A DNA stretch of 52,427 nt from Candidatus Heimdallarchaeota archaeon (GTDB lineage: Archaea > Asgardarchaeota > Heimdallarchaeia > Heimdallarchaeales > Heimdallarchaeaceae), in the NCBI GenBank assembly GCA_018238545.1, contig JABCTC010000024.1, positions 1 to 52,427 of the forward strand, written 5' to 3'. Of the stretch, positions 7,685 to 17,257 are shown piece after piece. The translations under genes and the position numbers were made by a program. A model generated the notes under the pieces. That model worked only from the letters and a program-made list of their open reading frames with translations, searched no databases and was not told the origin of the DNA. Within the stretch, counting starts at the first letter, position 1. Every line of letters begins with the position of its first letter.

Positions 7685-7737
7685 TACTCCCAGTTATTTT
7701 CCGAACTAACCTTTTTTCTATTTTTATCTTAAACAGA

Positions 7738-8874
7738 CTAAATAGCCGTAAATGATTCTACTGTTTCTTTGTCTAATCTTTTTATTAGTTCTAGTATTAG
7801 TTTTATCGCATTATCTATATCATTCAGGTCTATTATTCCATTATGTGCATGTATGTGTCTTGTTGGTATTCCTATTACTATACTTGGACATCCCATGTCT
7901 GTTATATGAATAACTCCTGCATCTGTTCCTCCCCCTGCTACTAGTGACAATTGATGTGGTATTTCCATTTCTTCAGCTGTTTTTATTACAAAGTCTCTAA
8001 ATCTCGGATTTGGTATCATTGATCCATCGTAAGTAAGTATGCTTGGACCCTTTCCCATCTTTGCTGGCGCTTTTGTTTGGTCTACTCCTGGAACATCTCC
8101 TGCTATATCTACTTCTAGTGCTATCCCTATATCTGGTTTTATCATCTGCGCTGCTGTTCTTGCTCCTCTTAACCCTACTTCTTCTTGTGTTGTTGCTGCA
8201 CCATAAACCCTGTTGGGGTGTTTATTTCCTTCACTTGTTAGTTTCTTTACTATCTCTGCAGTTATTACTGCTCCTGCTCTGTCATCGAAGGCTTTACCTA
8301 CCGCTAGTTTTACTGTGCTTTTTTCGTCTTCTTTTCCATCTTTTCCTTTCACTATTCTAGGTCTTTCCCATATTTCAAATATTGAATGTGGTGCAATTGG
8401 ATCTCCTATTCTAATTCCTAGTTCTTTTGCCTCTTCTGCGTTTGAACATCCTATATCTATGAACATCTTGTTCTTTGTAACTACCTTAGTCCTTTCTTCA
8501 GGTTCTAATATGTGAGGTGGTTTTGCAGCAATTATACCTGGAATCATTTTACCTTCAACTGTTCTAATTACTACTCTCTGTGACAGTAATGTTTGATCCC
8601 ACCATCCTCCTAATTGATGAAACTTTAGATAACCTTCCTTAGTTATCGCTTCTACTTGAAATCCTATTTCATCAACGTGACCAGCAATCATAATTATTGG
8701 ACCGTTTTCATCTCCATCTGCTGTGAAAATCAGTGTACCTGTTCTATCTTGTAGTATCCGATCAGCATAAGTTTTCACATATTCCTTCAATTTCTTTTGA
8801 ACTTCCCATTCAAATCCGCTTGGACCGAATGCATTAGATAATTCTTCTAAAAGTGTTGTATCAAAATTAACCAT
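7738..8874 (-). CDS. M42 family (TET) aminopeptidase
   Basis: AGHVDEIG, GKAFDDRAG, QEEVGLRGA, GGGTDAG and RHIH motifs. Confidence 0.93.
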   Translation of the reverse strand: MVNFDTTLLEELSNAFGPSGFEWEVQKKLKEYVKTYADRILQDRTGTLIFTADGDENGPIIMIAGHVDEIGFQVEAITKEGYLKFHQLGGWWDQTLLSQRVVIRTVEGKMIPGIIAAKPPHILEPEERTKVVTKNKMFIDIGCSNAEEAKELGIRIGDPIAPHSIFEIWERPRIVKGKDGKEDEKSTVKLAVGKAFDDRAGAVITAEIVKKLTSEGNKHPNRVYGAATTQEEVGLRGARTAAQMIKPDIGIALEVDIAGDVPGVDQTKAPAKMGKGPSILTYDGSMIPNPRFRDFVIKTAEEMEIPHQLSLVAGGGTDAGVIHITDMGCPSIVIGIPTRHIHAHNGIIDLNDIDNAIKLILELIKRLDKETVESFTAI

Positions 8875-9046
8875 TATCTCACCTTGCTACTCCATGACAT
8901 TAAACAATTTAACGTCTTCTATACTAAATCTCCTCTTGTACGGAATTATTTAACTATTATCCTAAGTCTACTGTTTAGTTAAAGTTCTTCTACAATCTTC
9001 TTTTCTTCTTCAATAATTGCTTTCTTCTTTCTGATTTTTCTCCCTC

Positions 9047-9315
9047 TTTTGTGAATGTCTCCAAAGGAAATGTAGTATAATGGGCTGATTGTTTAATTAT
9101 TTACAGTTTAAGACGTTTCACACCTTGTGAACACCAGAATTCTTGGTTTAGACACCGAGTTGCAGTGGAAATGAAGGGGTCTTGATTTTTTGTTCACAAT
9201 AATATTTTTTGTGTTGAACACATGAATTAACACATTACTTTTTTTGCCGGATGATATCTTCTGTTCACAAGCTTTTCAAAAACGGGTGAACGGAATCCCC
9301 ACATCCATTCACAAA
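9047..9315. repeat. Cluster of ~7 TGTGAAC/GTTCACA-type motifs in a long intergenic region
   Basis: Copies in both orientations near 9049, 9117, 9125, 9191, 9262, 9285 and 9307. Confidence 0.6.
9159..9180 (+). promoter_or_regulatory. Origin recognition box (ORB) candidate
   Basis: GTTGCAGTGGAAATGAAGGGGT is very close to the canonical ORB, ~1.2 kb upstream of cdc6. Confidence 0.75.
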
Positions 9316-9467
9316 AGAATTGTTACATACAGCTGTGCCTATTAGATGGTCTTTAGCCTAATTTTTATGTTATGTGAAGTGGTGTGTTCATTGTGTATGC
9401 TGTATTTATTACGTATTACACTTTGTAATGCTTATCAGTATATCAAAGAAATTAGTATTTAAAAAAG

Positions 9468-9815
9468 TTAGATATTTTCAAGGTTTTCAAGCGCTTCTAG
9501 TAGTTTCTTCTTTTTTCCACTTAAGTTTTTGATCCTTTTTCCAATATCAATACCTTCTGTAATTGCTGATGGTATCTTCTTACCTAAATATCTACTATAT
9601 TTGTATTCAGGCTCCATTCGCAGATAGTAGTAAGGTCCATGCATATATTGTCCTCCCCGTTCACACTTACAATTTACTTTTCCGCATTTGATGTATTTCG
9701 AGCTAACAAAACCGAATATTGTATCATTTCTTCCTAGTAACTCTAGACGATTTTCGATTTCATTAATAGCATTTAATATATCAATTCTAAGATTGTTTAT
9801 TTTATTAACTGCCAT
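9468..9815 (-). CDS. DUF6788-like zinc-binding protein
   Basis: KCGKVNCKC...HGPYYY...YLGK motif. Confidence 0.7.
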   Translation of the reverse strand: MAVNKINNLRIDILNAINEIENRLELLGRNDTIFGFVSSKYIKCGKVNCKCERGGQYMHGPYYYLRMEPEYKYSRYLGKKIPSAITEGIDIGKRIKNLSGKKKKLLEALENLENI

Positions 9816-9946
9816 CTTCAGTCATGTATATATAATCATACTCACAAAAAGTCTTAGATATTACTCTGATATTCTGTAGGTTATATTGAATTATTTATTC
9901 GACATAAATCCTCTAACATCGTAGAAAAAATTCAAAGAGTGATAAC

Positions 9947-10261
9947 ATGACCCATAGTAAGAACCTATTGACAAAGAAAATTAGCAAAAAATCACAGATT
10001 CAAGGGGTTGTAATAAGTAGTAGAAGAGTATATGTTTACTCCGATGAGACTGATTATGAAATCGAATTAGAAAATCTTCTTATTAGTCTTATTGCAGATA
10101 ATGGCCCTCTTACCAGAGGACAAATTGTCTCTATGACACACATACCTAGATCTACTCTATATGATAACTTGGCAAAACTCATAAACAAAGGCGTCATCAA
10201 AAAAGAATCTGTCCCCCGCTCTACAAGAGGTAGACCTAAGGTTTTGTTCAAATTAGCGTGA
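9947..10261 (+). CDS. TrmB/ArsR-like HTH protein
   Basis: GPLTRGQI...IPRSTLYDNLAKL..KGVI...RGRPKVLF. Confidence 0.8.
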   Translation: MTHSKNLLTKKISKKSQIQGVVISSRRVYVYSDETDYEIELENLLISLIADNGPLTRGQIVSMTHIPRSTLYDNLAKLINKGVIKKESVPRSTRGRPKVLFKLA

Positions 10262-10376
10262 ATTTACACTAGATTTCTCTTACTTTAATTCAGTGTACTT
10301 ACGTTCATTATAGACGTCATTTATCGACAAAGTTAAACAACCATTTGAAAATCATAGTAGCAACGAGCTGAAACCA

Positions 10377-11600
10377 ATGGATGAAAAATCATCAGATAGC
10401 ATAGATGATATATTTGATAGATATCTGGATGCTGACGCAAACATATTTGCCAATAGAGAGGTTCTTAGTCCTCATCATGTTCCTGACATTCTCCCTCATA
10501 GAGGCGAAAAGTTTGAAGAGTTAGCAAAAATTCTTGCCCCCTCTCTAAAAGGTGGCACACCTTCTAACATATTCATCTATGGTACAACAGGAACAGGGAA
10601 AACAGCTGTAACTAAACAAGTCTTGTCAAAATTAAAATCAACAGCAGATTCAAGGAATTTATCTTTTAAATACAGTTATATGAATTGTCAGCATGTGGAT
10701 ACAAAATATCGTGTTTTGACACAATTATGTGAAGATGTTGGAATTACTGTTCCTTTTACAGGTTTGCACTTTGATATCATCTATCAGAAGTTTAGAGATG
10801 CTTTAGACGAACTTCACACTCTTCATGTTGCTGTTCTTGATGAAGTTGACATGCTTTACAAAAAGAGTACTGAATCATTGTATATTCTAACACGTATGAA
10901 CAGTGACTTAGATTTTTCAAAAATCAGCATTATAGGCATAACCAATGATGTAAACTTCAAGGAAACATTAGATCCAAGAATCAGAAGCAGTTTGAGCGAA
11001 GAGGAAATTGTTTTTTCTCCTTATACCGCAGAACAGTTGCGTGATATACTTACACAAAGAGCTAAAATCGCATTTCACAAAGATGTTCTTGACTTTGGAG
11101 TAATTAATCTATGCTCAGCCATAGGGGCACAGCAGCATGGAGATGCTCGAAGATCTCTTGATTTATTACGTGTAGCAGCGGAGCTTGTTGAGCGTAATGG
11201 TGAAGAAAAGATTACTGAAATTCATGTACGCAAAGCTCAACAAGTAATAGAAAGAAACACCGTTGTTGAGGTTTTAACATCTTTACCAATTCAAACTAAA
11301 GCAGTTTTACAGGCAATCTATCTTGGTGAGGGAAAGAATGATGAAATCACCACAGGAGATGTTTACGAAATTTACAATAAAATTTGTAAGCTAGTTAGAT
11401 TAGATAAATTAACCGCAAGAAGAGTTGGAGATTTAATTAATGAATTAGATATGCTTGGAATTGTTACAGCTCAAGTCATTAGCAAAGGACGTTATGGTCG
11501 CTCTAAAAGGATAAATCTAACTGTTTCATCCAAACAGGTAAGGGAAGTACTAGATAGTGACTTTAGATTGTCAAAAATCTTTGATATAGAAGAAATATAA
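10377..11600 (+). CDS. cdc6: Orc1/Cdc6 replication initiator
   Basis: Walker A GTTGTGKT, Walker B LDEVD, LDPRIRSSL, GDARR and C-terminal wHTH (SKGRYGR). Confidence 0.96.
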   Translation: MDEKSSDSIDDIFDRYLDADANIFANREVLSPHHVPDILPHRGEKFEELAKILAPSLKGGTPSNIFIYGTTGTGKTAVTKQVLSKLKSTADSRNLSFKYSYMNCQHVDTKYRVLTQLCEDVGITVPFTGLHFDIIYQKFRDALDELHTLHVAVLDEVDMLYKKSTESLYILTRMNSDLDFSKISIIGITNDVNFKETLDPRIRSSLSEEEIVFSPYTAEQLRDILTQRAKIAFHKDVLDFGVINLCSAIGAQQHGDARRSLDLLRVAAELVERNGEEKITEIHVRKAQQVIERNTVVEVLTSLPIQTKAVLQAIYLGEGKNDEITTGDVYEIYNKICKLVRLDKLTARRVGDLINELDMLGIVTAQVISKGRYGRSKRINLTVSSKQVREVLDSDFRLSKIFDIEEI

Positions 11601-11670
11601 ACTACTTATTTGTTATTCCAGGGAAGGGAAAGACTTTTCTTTTTAGTTTTTAGAATCACAATGAGTGCTA

Positions 11671-12984
11671 ATGAGTGAGTTATTTATTGAATCTAAGTTT
11701 ATTGTATCAGGATCTACTTGCAATAAAGTAATCAAACAAGGTGGCATTCTTATTGAAAATAGTCAGATTGTTGCGGTTGGAAAAGCAGGGGACGTGAAGA
11801 AGTTAGTATCTGGTCATGACAAGCTAGAACGCAAAAATCACATTGTAATTCCTTCCTTGATAAATTCACATACTCACATTCCTGAAACATTGTTAAGAGG
11901 GATTTGTGATAATGAAAAATTGATGACTTGGTTAAATGATTACATTTGGCCCTTTGAACGTCAAATGACTCCCGAGGATGCTTATTATGGCACTCTCTTG
12001 GGTTGTCTTGAATTGATTGAATCTGGATCATCAGGTTTTATAGATCAATACTTTTACGCAGAATCTATCGAAAAAGCGGCGAAAGAAGCTAAAATACGAG
12101 CGCTAATTTGTCCATCAGTTTTTGATAATACCCCGGAATCAGGTAGTCTTGAAAATACTTGGAAACATGTTTCTAATCTACTAAACAGCAAATTCCCAAA
12201 CAAAAATGGATTAGTTAATTTTGGTATAGGGCCACATGCTCCGTATACAGTTCCAGAGGATTATATGCACAAAATAAAGGATTTAGCTCTCAAGAATTCC
12301 TTACCAATCCATATTCATCTTAGTGAAACAAAAAGAGAAGTTGAAGAGGCTCTAGAAATTTTTGGTATGTCACCTATTGAATATATACATAAACTTGGTT
12401 TAACAAAAGGTAAAATCTTGGCTGCTCATTGTGTAGATACTTCAAACAACGATCGGAAGATTATGAAAGAAACAGACTTTACTGTTTTACATAACCCCCA
12501 ATCTAATCTCAAGATGGCTAGTGGGATTGCACCGATTCACAATTATCTTGATTTAGGGATTAGTGTAGCTGTAGGTACAGATGGTAATGCCTCTAATAAT
12601 GATCTTGGGATGCTTGAAGAAATATCTACTGCAGCAATGCTTCAGAAATATAAATCTAACAATCCTAAAGTTCTAGAAAATTCACAAACACTTCAATTAG
12701 GTACTGTTAACGGTATGAAAGCTCTAGGTGTCGACTCAAGGGGTATTTCTATTAATTCAATAGCTGATATCACCATTCTCTCTCTTGAAAGGAGTCACTC
12801 CTGGCCTCAAAATAATATTCTATCTAATATCATATATTCTTCATCTAGTTCAGACGTTACAGATCTTATCATCAATGGCAAGATAGTTTATGAAAATAGG
12901 AAGCATAAAACATTGAATAAAGAAAGAATACTTGAGCAATGCTCAAAGATTTCTGAAAGAATTATTACTGGAATGGGAAAATAA
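11671..12984 (+). CDS. Amidohydrolase, MTA/SAH deaminase-like
   Basis: NSHTH, GPHAPYT, HIHLSET, HNPQSNLK and GTDG motifs. Confidence 0.88.
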   Translation: MSELFIESKFIVSGSTCNKVIKQGGILIENSQIVAVGKAGDVKKLVSGHDKLERKNHIVIPSLINSHTHIPETLLRGICDNEKLMTWLNDYIWPFERQMTPEDAYYGTLLGCLELIESGSSGFIDQYFYAESIEKAAKEAKIRALICPSVFDNTPESGSLENTWKHVSNLLNSKFPNKNGLVNFGIGPHAPYTVPEDYMHKIKDLALKNSLPIHIHLSETKREVEEALEIFGMSPIEYIHKLGLTKGKILAAHCVDTSNNDRKIMKETDFTVLHNPQSNLKMASGIAPIHNYLDLGISVAVGTDGNASNNDLGMLEEISTAAMLQKYKSNNPKVLENSQTLQLGTVNGMKALGVDSRGISINSIADITILSLERSHSWPQNNILSNIIYSSSSSDVTDLIINGKIVYENRKHKTLNKERILEQCSKISERIITGMGK

Positions 12985-13009
12985 AAAAGTAAGATATAGT
13001 ATTCTTATT

Positions 13010-13070
13010 TGGCAATGACGAATCTAACCCTTTACTGAACTTGATGTTGAGGATCTTGAGTTCTGAGCCA
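13010..13070 (+). ncRNA. C/D box guide sRNA
   Basis: TGGC/GCCA terminal stem, C box ATGACGA, D' CTGA (13035-13038), C'-like TGATGTTGA, D box CTGA (13063-13066), and two 12-13 nt guides. Confidence 0.75.
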
Positions 13071-13229
13071 CTTATATTATCTTTTGTTTAATTATATTAG
13101 AAACGCCGTATCCCTTATTGATTCTTTATGTATTCCATACGTATTATATTGGTATTGTTTATTTTCACTTTATTTCAAGTATCTGAACTTTAGGCTTTCT
13201 AATTAACTTCAAATGGACAATAAAAAATA

Positions 13230-15227
13230 TTAGCTATTTGATTTTATTTTCTTATATCCTTGAAATTCAAATTGCCAAAAGGCGTAACCTTCAGAAGCTC
13301 CTCTTAATTCGGATGCTATTTGAAGTGATGATTTAACACTTATCTCTCCACTAATTATTGTTCGTGAAACATGATGTTTTGTTTCAGAAATATCACAGTT
13401 GGATCTTTGTATTACAACTAATACAGCTCCCATATAATGAAGAGGTGTATTGATTGAGAAGGAATAAATCGGTTCATAAATACCTACGTTACCTTCAATA
13501 AGAGCTTCATGAATTGCATTTCTTACTAAAGGAATCATTATTTCATATCTAATAGAATTTAGTTTGATTTCCTTAATTTCTTTAACAATCACGGTTAGTT
13601 TTCGTACCAAATAACCTCGTAAAGGTCCTTTAAGAATCGCATTTCGAAAACCTGTCTTCAATAAATCATTCACTTCTTCTCCCATTTTATTCTCAATTAC
13701 TAGATAATTGTCTCTATGGTCTGAATATATACATTCTTTTTCCATATGAGTTGTTGGTTTGCATTCAAGAGTGATTTGTAGTAAATCCAGCTGATCCTGT
13801 TTCGTTAATATTACTCCTTTTTCAATTTGTTCAACAAGAGTTACCTCTGGATCTGAAACATTTACTTTTATACTACTTTTTTCAATTTCACCAATTATAA
13901 TTTCAAGTTGAAGTTCTCCAATACCAAATATTTTCATCTCTCCAGTATTCTCATCTGTTGAATGGTGGAAATTTGGTTTAATCAATGCCAGTATATCCAG
14001 TAACTTCAACAGTTTTGGTATATCAGATACCTTTTTTGGTTCCACTCGTCTAGAAATAACTGATTCTTGAAGGTAGGATATCTGTTTAAACAGAATGTTA
14101 GGGAATTCATCTATCTTATCAACAATAGTATCGCCTATTTGGACGTTTTTAACTCCAATAAGAACAGCTATGTTACCTGCTCCAACTGAATCTAGTTTTA
14201 CAAGAGACTGACCTTTATAGATACAAACTTGTTGAACTCTAGAAGATTCCCCTGTCCTTCTATTGAGGAGAACACTTCCTGATTTTATTATTCCTGAGAA
14301 AACTCTAACAACAGAGATTAAACCTCTATTATCTTCATACAATAGCTTCCCTAAACATAAAATTGTAGGACCTTTATCATCACAGTCTATTAGTGCCTTC
14401 TCAGATTTCTGGTCAATGAATTGTGTTATATACTTATAACGGTCTTTTTGGGCATCTTTAGGGTTAGGAACGTTTTCTATGATAGAAGATAGAATTGATT
14501 CTTTTATAGGAAAACTAATTTTCAGTTCATTAGAACTATTTTCCAAGTGTAGTTTAATTATTTCCTCAAATAAGGGAGCATTTTTGGAATATGCTGATAT
14601 TGCCCAACCATTTAATGCCGAACCAATTATTACAGTTCCATTATCAAATTTAACCTTCCATCTTTCTCTAAATTGAGCGTGGGCATATTGATTTATTAAC
14701 TCATTAACCATTTGAACTATGTTGTTTATTCTAACTTCTATCTCCTTTTTGGGCAATTTGAGCTCGTTTATTAATCGATCAATCTTATTTATGAATAATA
14801 TCGGACGTAAACACTCTCCCATTGCTTGCCTGATTACTGATTCAGTTTGAGCCATAATTTGCTCAACAGCGTCTACTATGATAATTGCACCATCCACTAA
14901 ACGTAATGCTTGTGAAACCATTCCTGAAAAGTCAACATGACCAGGTGTATCTACTAGATTAATCAAATGTGAAATATTGTTATGTTGGTATACTAGAGAT
15001 ATATTTGCAGTCTTGATAGTTATCCCTCTTTTCTGTTCCTCATCAAGGTAATCAAGCGCTCTTGCGGTCCCTGCCATTGTTTGTGAAATCAAACCACCTG
15101 CTTGTAAAAGATGATCAGACAAGGTTGTTTTGCCGTGATCAACGTGGCTGATAATACTTACATTACGTATCATTGCTTTATCTTGCATGGAAGATGACAC
15201 GTTCTCGACGTATTTGCTCATGAGCAT
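13230..15227 (-). CDS. Elongation factor 2 paralogue (aEF-2p-like)
   Basis: HVDHGKTT, RGITI, DTPGHVDF and NKID motifs. Only 665 aa with a divergent domain IV and no HRG diphthamide motif. Confidence 0.85.
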   Translation of the reverse strand: MLMSKYVENVSSSMQDKAMIRNVSIISHVDHGKTTLSDHLLQAGGLISQTMAGTARALDYLDEEQKRGITIKTANISLVYQHNNISHLINLVDTPGHVDFSGMVSQALRLVDGAIIIVDAVEQIMAQTESVIRQAMGECLRPILFINKIDRLINELKLPKKEIEVRINNIVQMVNELINQYAHAQFRERWKVKFDNGTVIIGSALNGWAISAYSKNAPLFEEIIKLHLENSSNELKISFPIKESILSSIIENVPNPKDAQKDRYKYITQFIDQKSEKALIDCDDKGPTILCLGKLLYEDNRGLISVVRVFSGIIKSGSVLLNRRTGESSRVQQVCIYKGQSLVKLDSVGAGNIAVLIGVKNVQIGDTIVDKIDEFPNILFKQISYLQESVISRRVEPKKVSDIPKLLKLLDILALIKPNFHHSTDENTGEMKIFGIGELQLEIIIGEIEKSSIKVNVSDPEVTLVEQIEKGVILTKQDQLDLLQITLECKPTTHMEKECIYSDHRDNYLVIENKMGEEVNDLLKTGFRNAILKGPLRGYLVRKLTVIVKEIKEIKLNSIRYEIMIPLVRNAIHEALIEGNVGIYEPIYSFSINTPLHYMGAVLVVIQRSNCDISETKHHVSRTIISGEISVKSSLQIASELRGASEGYAFWQFEFQGYKKIKSNS

Positions 15228-15395
15228 ATTGTTCTAATATACGACAGTTTAAAGATTTACCCTCAGAGATATTATTGTTAAAGACGTAAATCCGTAAACG
15301 TTTTAAATTTGAAAGTTATAATATTAGTTATCAGTAAAACTTTGATTAATATTGCTGGAAAAATTTAGTTTAATAAGAAAAAATGGTGTAATAAT

Positions 15396-15788
15396 ATGTA
15401 TGAAACAAAAATCCCTGGAACTAGATATTCCATAGCTTTAATGAACGACAAAGGTCAATGGATGATACAGATTAAACTAGATGGATTAGTAGAAGCTGAA
15501 ACACTTGTAAAAGATGTTTCTGAAAGAGGGATATTTAATAATATCAAATCAGTAGTCTCAGAAGTCAATCTATACTTAAACGAGTTTTTGCTTGATCAGA
15601 TAACCAAAAATATCACCGAACAAGCTTCCATCCTACTAAAAGAAGTGGTGGCTACTGCTTCAAGAGATAAACAAACAGAAGTGTCAGCACTTGAAGAAAC
15701 AATAGTTAGTATAATGGAAAGATTACAAATACTTGAGGAGAGAGTAAAACGGTTGGAAACTAACTTAGACCATCAAACCGCACAATAA
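15396..15788 (+). CDS. Hypothetical protein with C-terminal coiled coil
   Basis: ORF with GGTG SD; heptad pattern IMERLQILEERVKRLE. Confidence 0.65.
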   Translation: MYETKIPGTRYSIALMNDKGQWMIQIKLDGLVEAETLVKDVSERGIFNNIKSVVSEVNLYLNEFLLDQITKNITEQASILLKEVVATASRDKQTEVSALEETIVSIMERLQILEERVKRLETNLDHQTAQ

Positions 15789-15885
15789 TTCTTTCTAACT
15801 TCCTTTTGTTGTTTATTTATTTTTACAAAACTTAAAACGAAATCTTCTTAAAACAAACTAGTTGCTTTTACAAAAAGGTGTAGCA

Positions 15886-16200
15886 ATGGCTCAACGTGCA
15901 AGAATAAAATTGATAGGAAATGATCCACAATCTCTGCAAAAAATCTGTAATCAAATTCAAAAAATCGCAGAAAGAACAGGAGTGCGTATTAGAGGACCCA
16001 TACCAATTCCGTCAAAACGCATTGTTATTCCAGTTCGAAAATCTCCTTGTGGAAATGGAACTGCAACTTATGATCATTTAGAAATGAAATTACATAAGAG
16101 AATTATCGATATGGATGCAGAAGAAAAGAGTATGAGACTTCTTATGAGGATTCATGTTCCTGAGGATGTACACATAGAAATTGCTATTGAACGAAAATAA
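15886..16200 (+). CDS. rps10: 30S ribosomal protein uS10
   Basis: ARIKL..., RGPIPIP, RKSPCGNGT and HKRIID; start at ATG 15886 after AGGTG. Confidence 0.95.
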   Translation: MAQRARIKLIGNDPQSLQKICNQIQKIAERTGVRIRGPIPIPSKRIVIPVRKSPCGNGTATYDHLEMKLHKRIIDMDAEEKSMRLLMRIHVPEDVHIEIAIERK

Positions 16201-16261
16201 TATTCCAAGTCCATTTCAGTATTAGAACGAAGAAAAATTCATTCCTCTTTTTAACTATTCT

Positions 16262-17200
16262 TCAATTATTGTTTGTTTTCAATCCATATTGTGGAAAGAA
16301 ATTATTTATCAGAATCAACAAGTCATCTGGCTGTGTTACAACATCAGACCCATAGATAAAATTTCTACTAAACTCTAGCATAGTATCAAGATAGTTTACA
16401 ACATCCTTCTCCGATATTAATAAAGTATAAGGGAATTTAACTTCAGCATCATAAATTTTTGAATTTATCACATTACTAAGCGATATTAAGGTAGTTTTTG
16501 ACAAATCTTTACCTAAGTTGAAAAGAAGTTCGGTAAATGTTCTAATATACCCTTCAACTACTTCCCTCTGTTTCATTATTAATTGAGAAAAGTAGGTAAT
16601 ATTCTCTAACTTTCCCTCTTTTAGTTCTTCAAACTTATACCAAAAATGGTCCTTTGATAGTACCTCGATAGAACAAACAGCGTTTCTTTGACTCTTTTCC
16701 ATTTCTACTCTTATGATCTTATTAGTAGAGTTTTCTAATTTTTGTGCGAAATCAAAATCATTTTCTTCTTTTTGCAGAGGTATTGAAAACTTTCTAATTA
16801 CTTGAGCCGGATAACTAAGCTCTAATTCTACCTCTAAATTCCCCCCTATCTGATTAAATTTCTTTACATTGCCTGTCAGCAGTATATCTATATCTTTCTC
16901 AGTATGGTAGTGATCCTCAATTCTTATCCCTACATTAGTTTTACCAAATTTTCCGTCGGTAATAACAATATTATTGTTTTTACTTTTAACACAAAACCCA
17001 TTATTTATTTCTAATTTCATACCAACAAGAATTCTTTTTGCCATTTCAGGTTCCTTTAATTTGTAATCAAATATCCCAAAATCTGTTCTTAGCTGACCTA
17101 TAACTCCCCATTGGCTCAACTTTATCGATAGAATCTCTCCCTCGATATATTCAATTGTTCTACCTGGAACTAATTTATCATTTACAGAATTATTCGTCAT
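16262..17200 (-). CDS. Hypothetical protein with a possible N-terminal OB fold
   Basis: IEGEIL..LRTDFG...ILVGMKLEINNGF...GKFG resembles RPA/SSB OB-fold strands. Confidence 0.5.
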   Translation of the reverse strand: MTNNSVNDKLVPGRTIEYIEGEILSIKLSQWGVIGQLRTDFGIFDYKLKEPEMAKRILVGMKLEINNGFCVKSKNNNIVITDGKFGKTNVGIRIEDHYHTEKDIDILLTGNVKKFNQIGGNLEVELELSYPAQVIRKFSIPLQKEENDFDFAQKLENSTNKIIRVEMEKSQRNAVCSIEVLSKDHFWYKFEELKEGKLENITYFSQLIMKQREVVEGYIRTFTELLFNLGKDLSKTTLISLSNVINSKIYDAEVKFPYTLLISEKDVVNYLDTMLEFSRNFIYGSDVVTQPDDLLILINNFFPQYGLKTNNN

Positions 17201-17257
17201 GGTACTAGTTATTTATACTTACGATACTATAAAAACTCGTTTACCTTTGAATCTACA

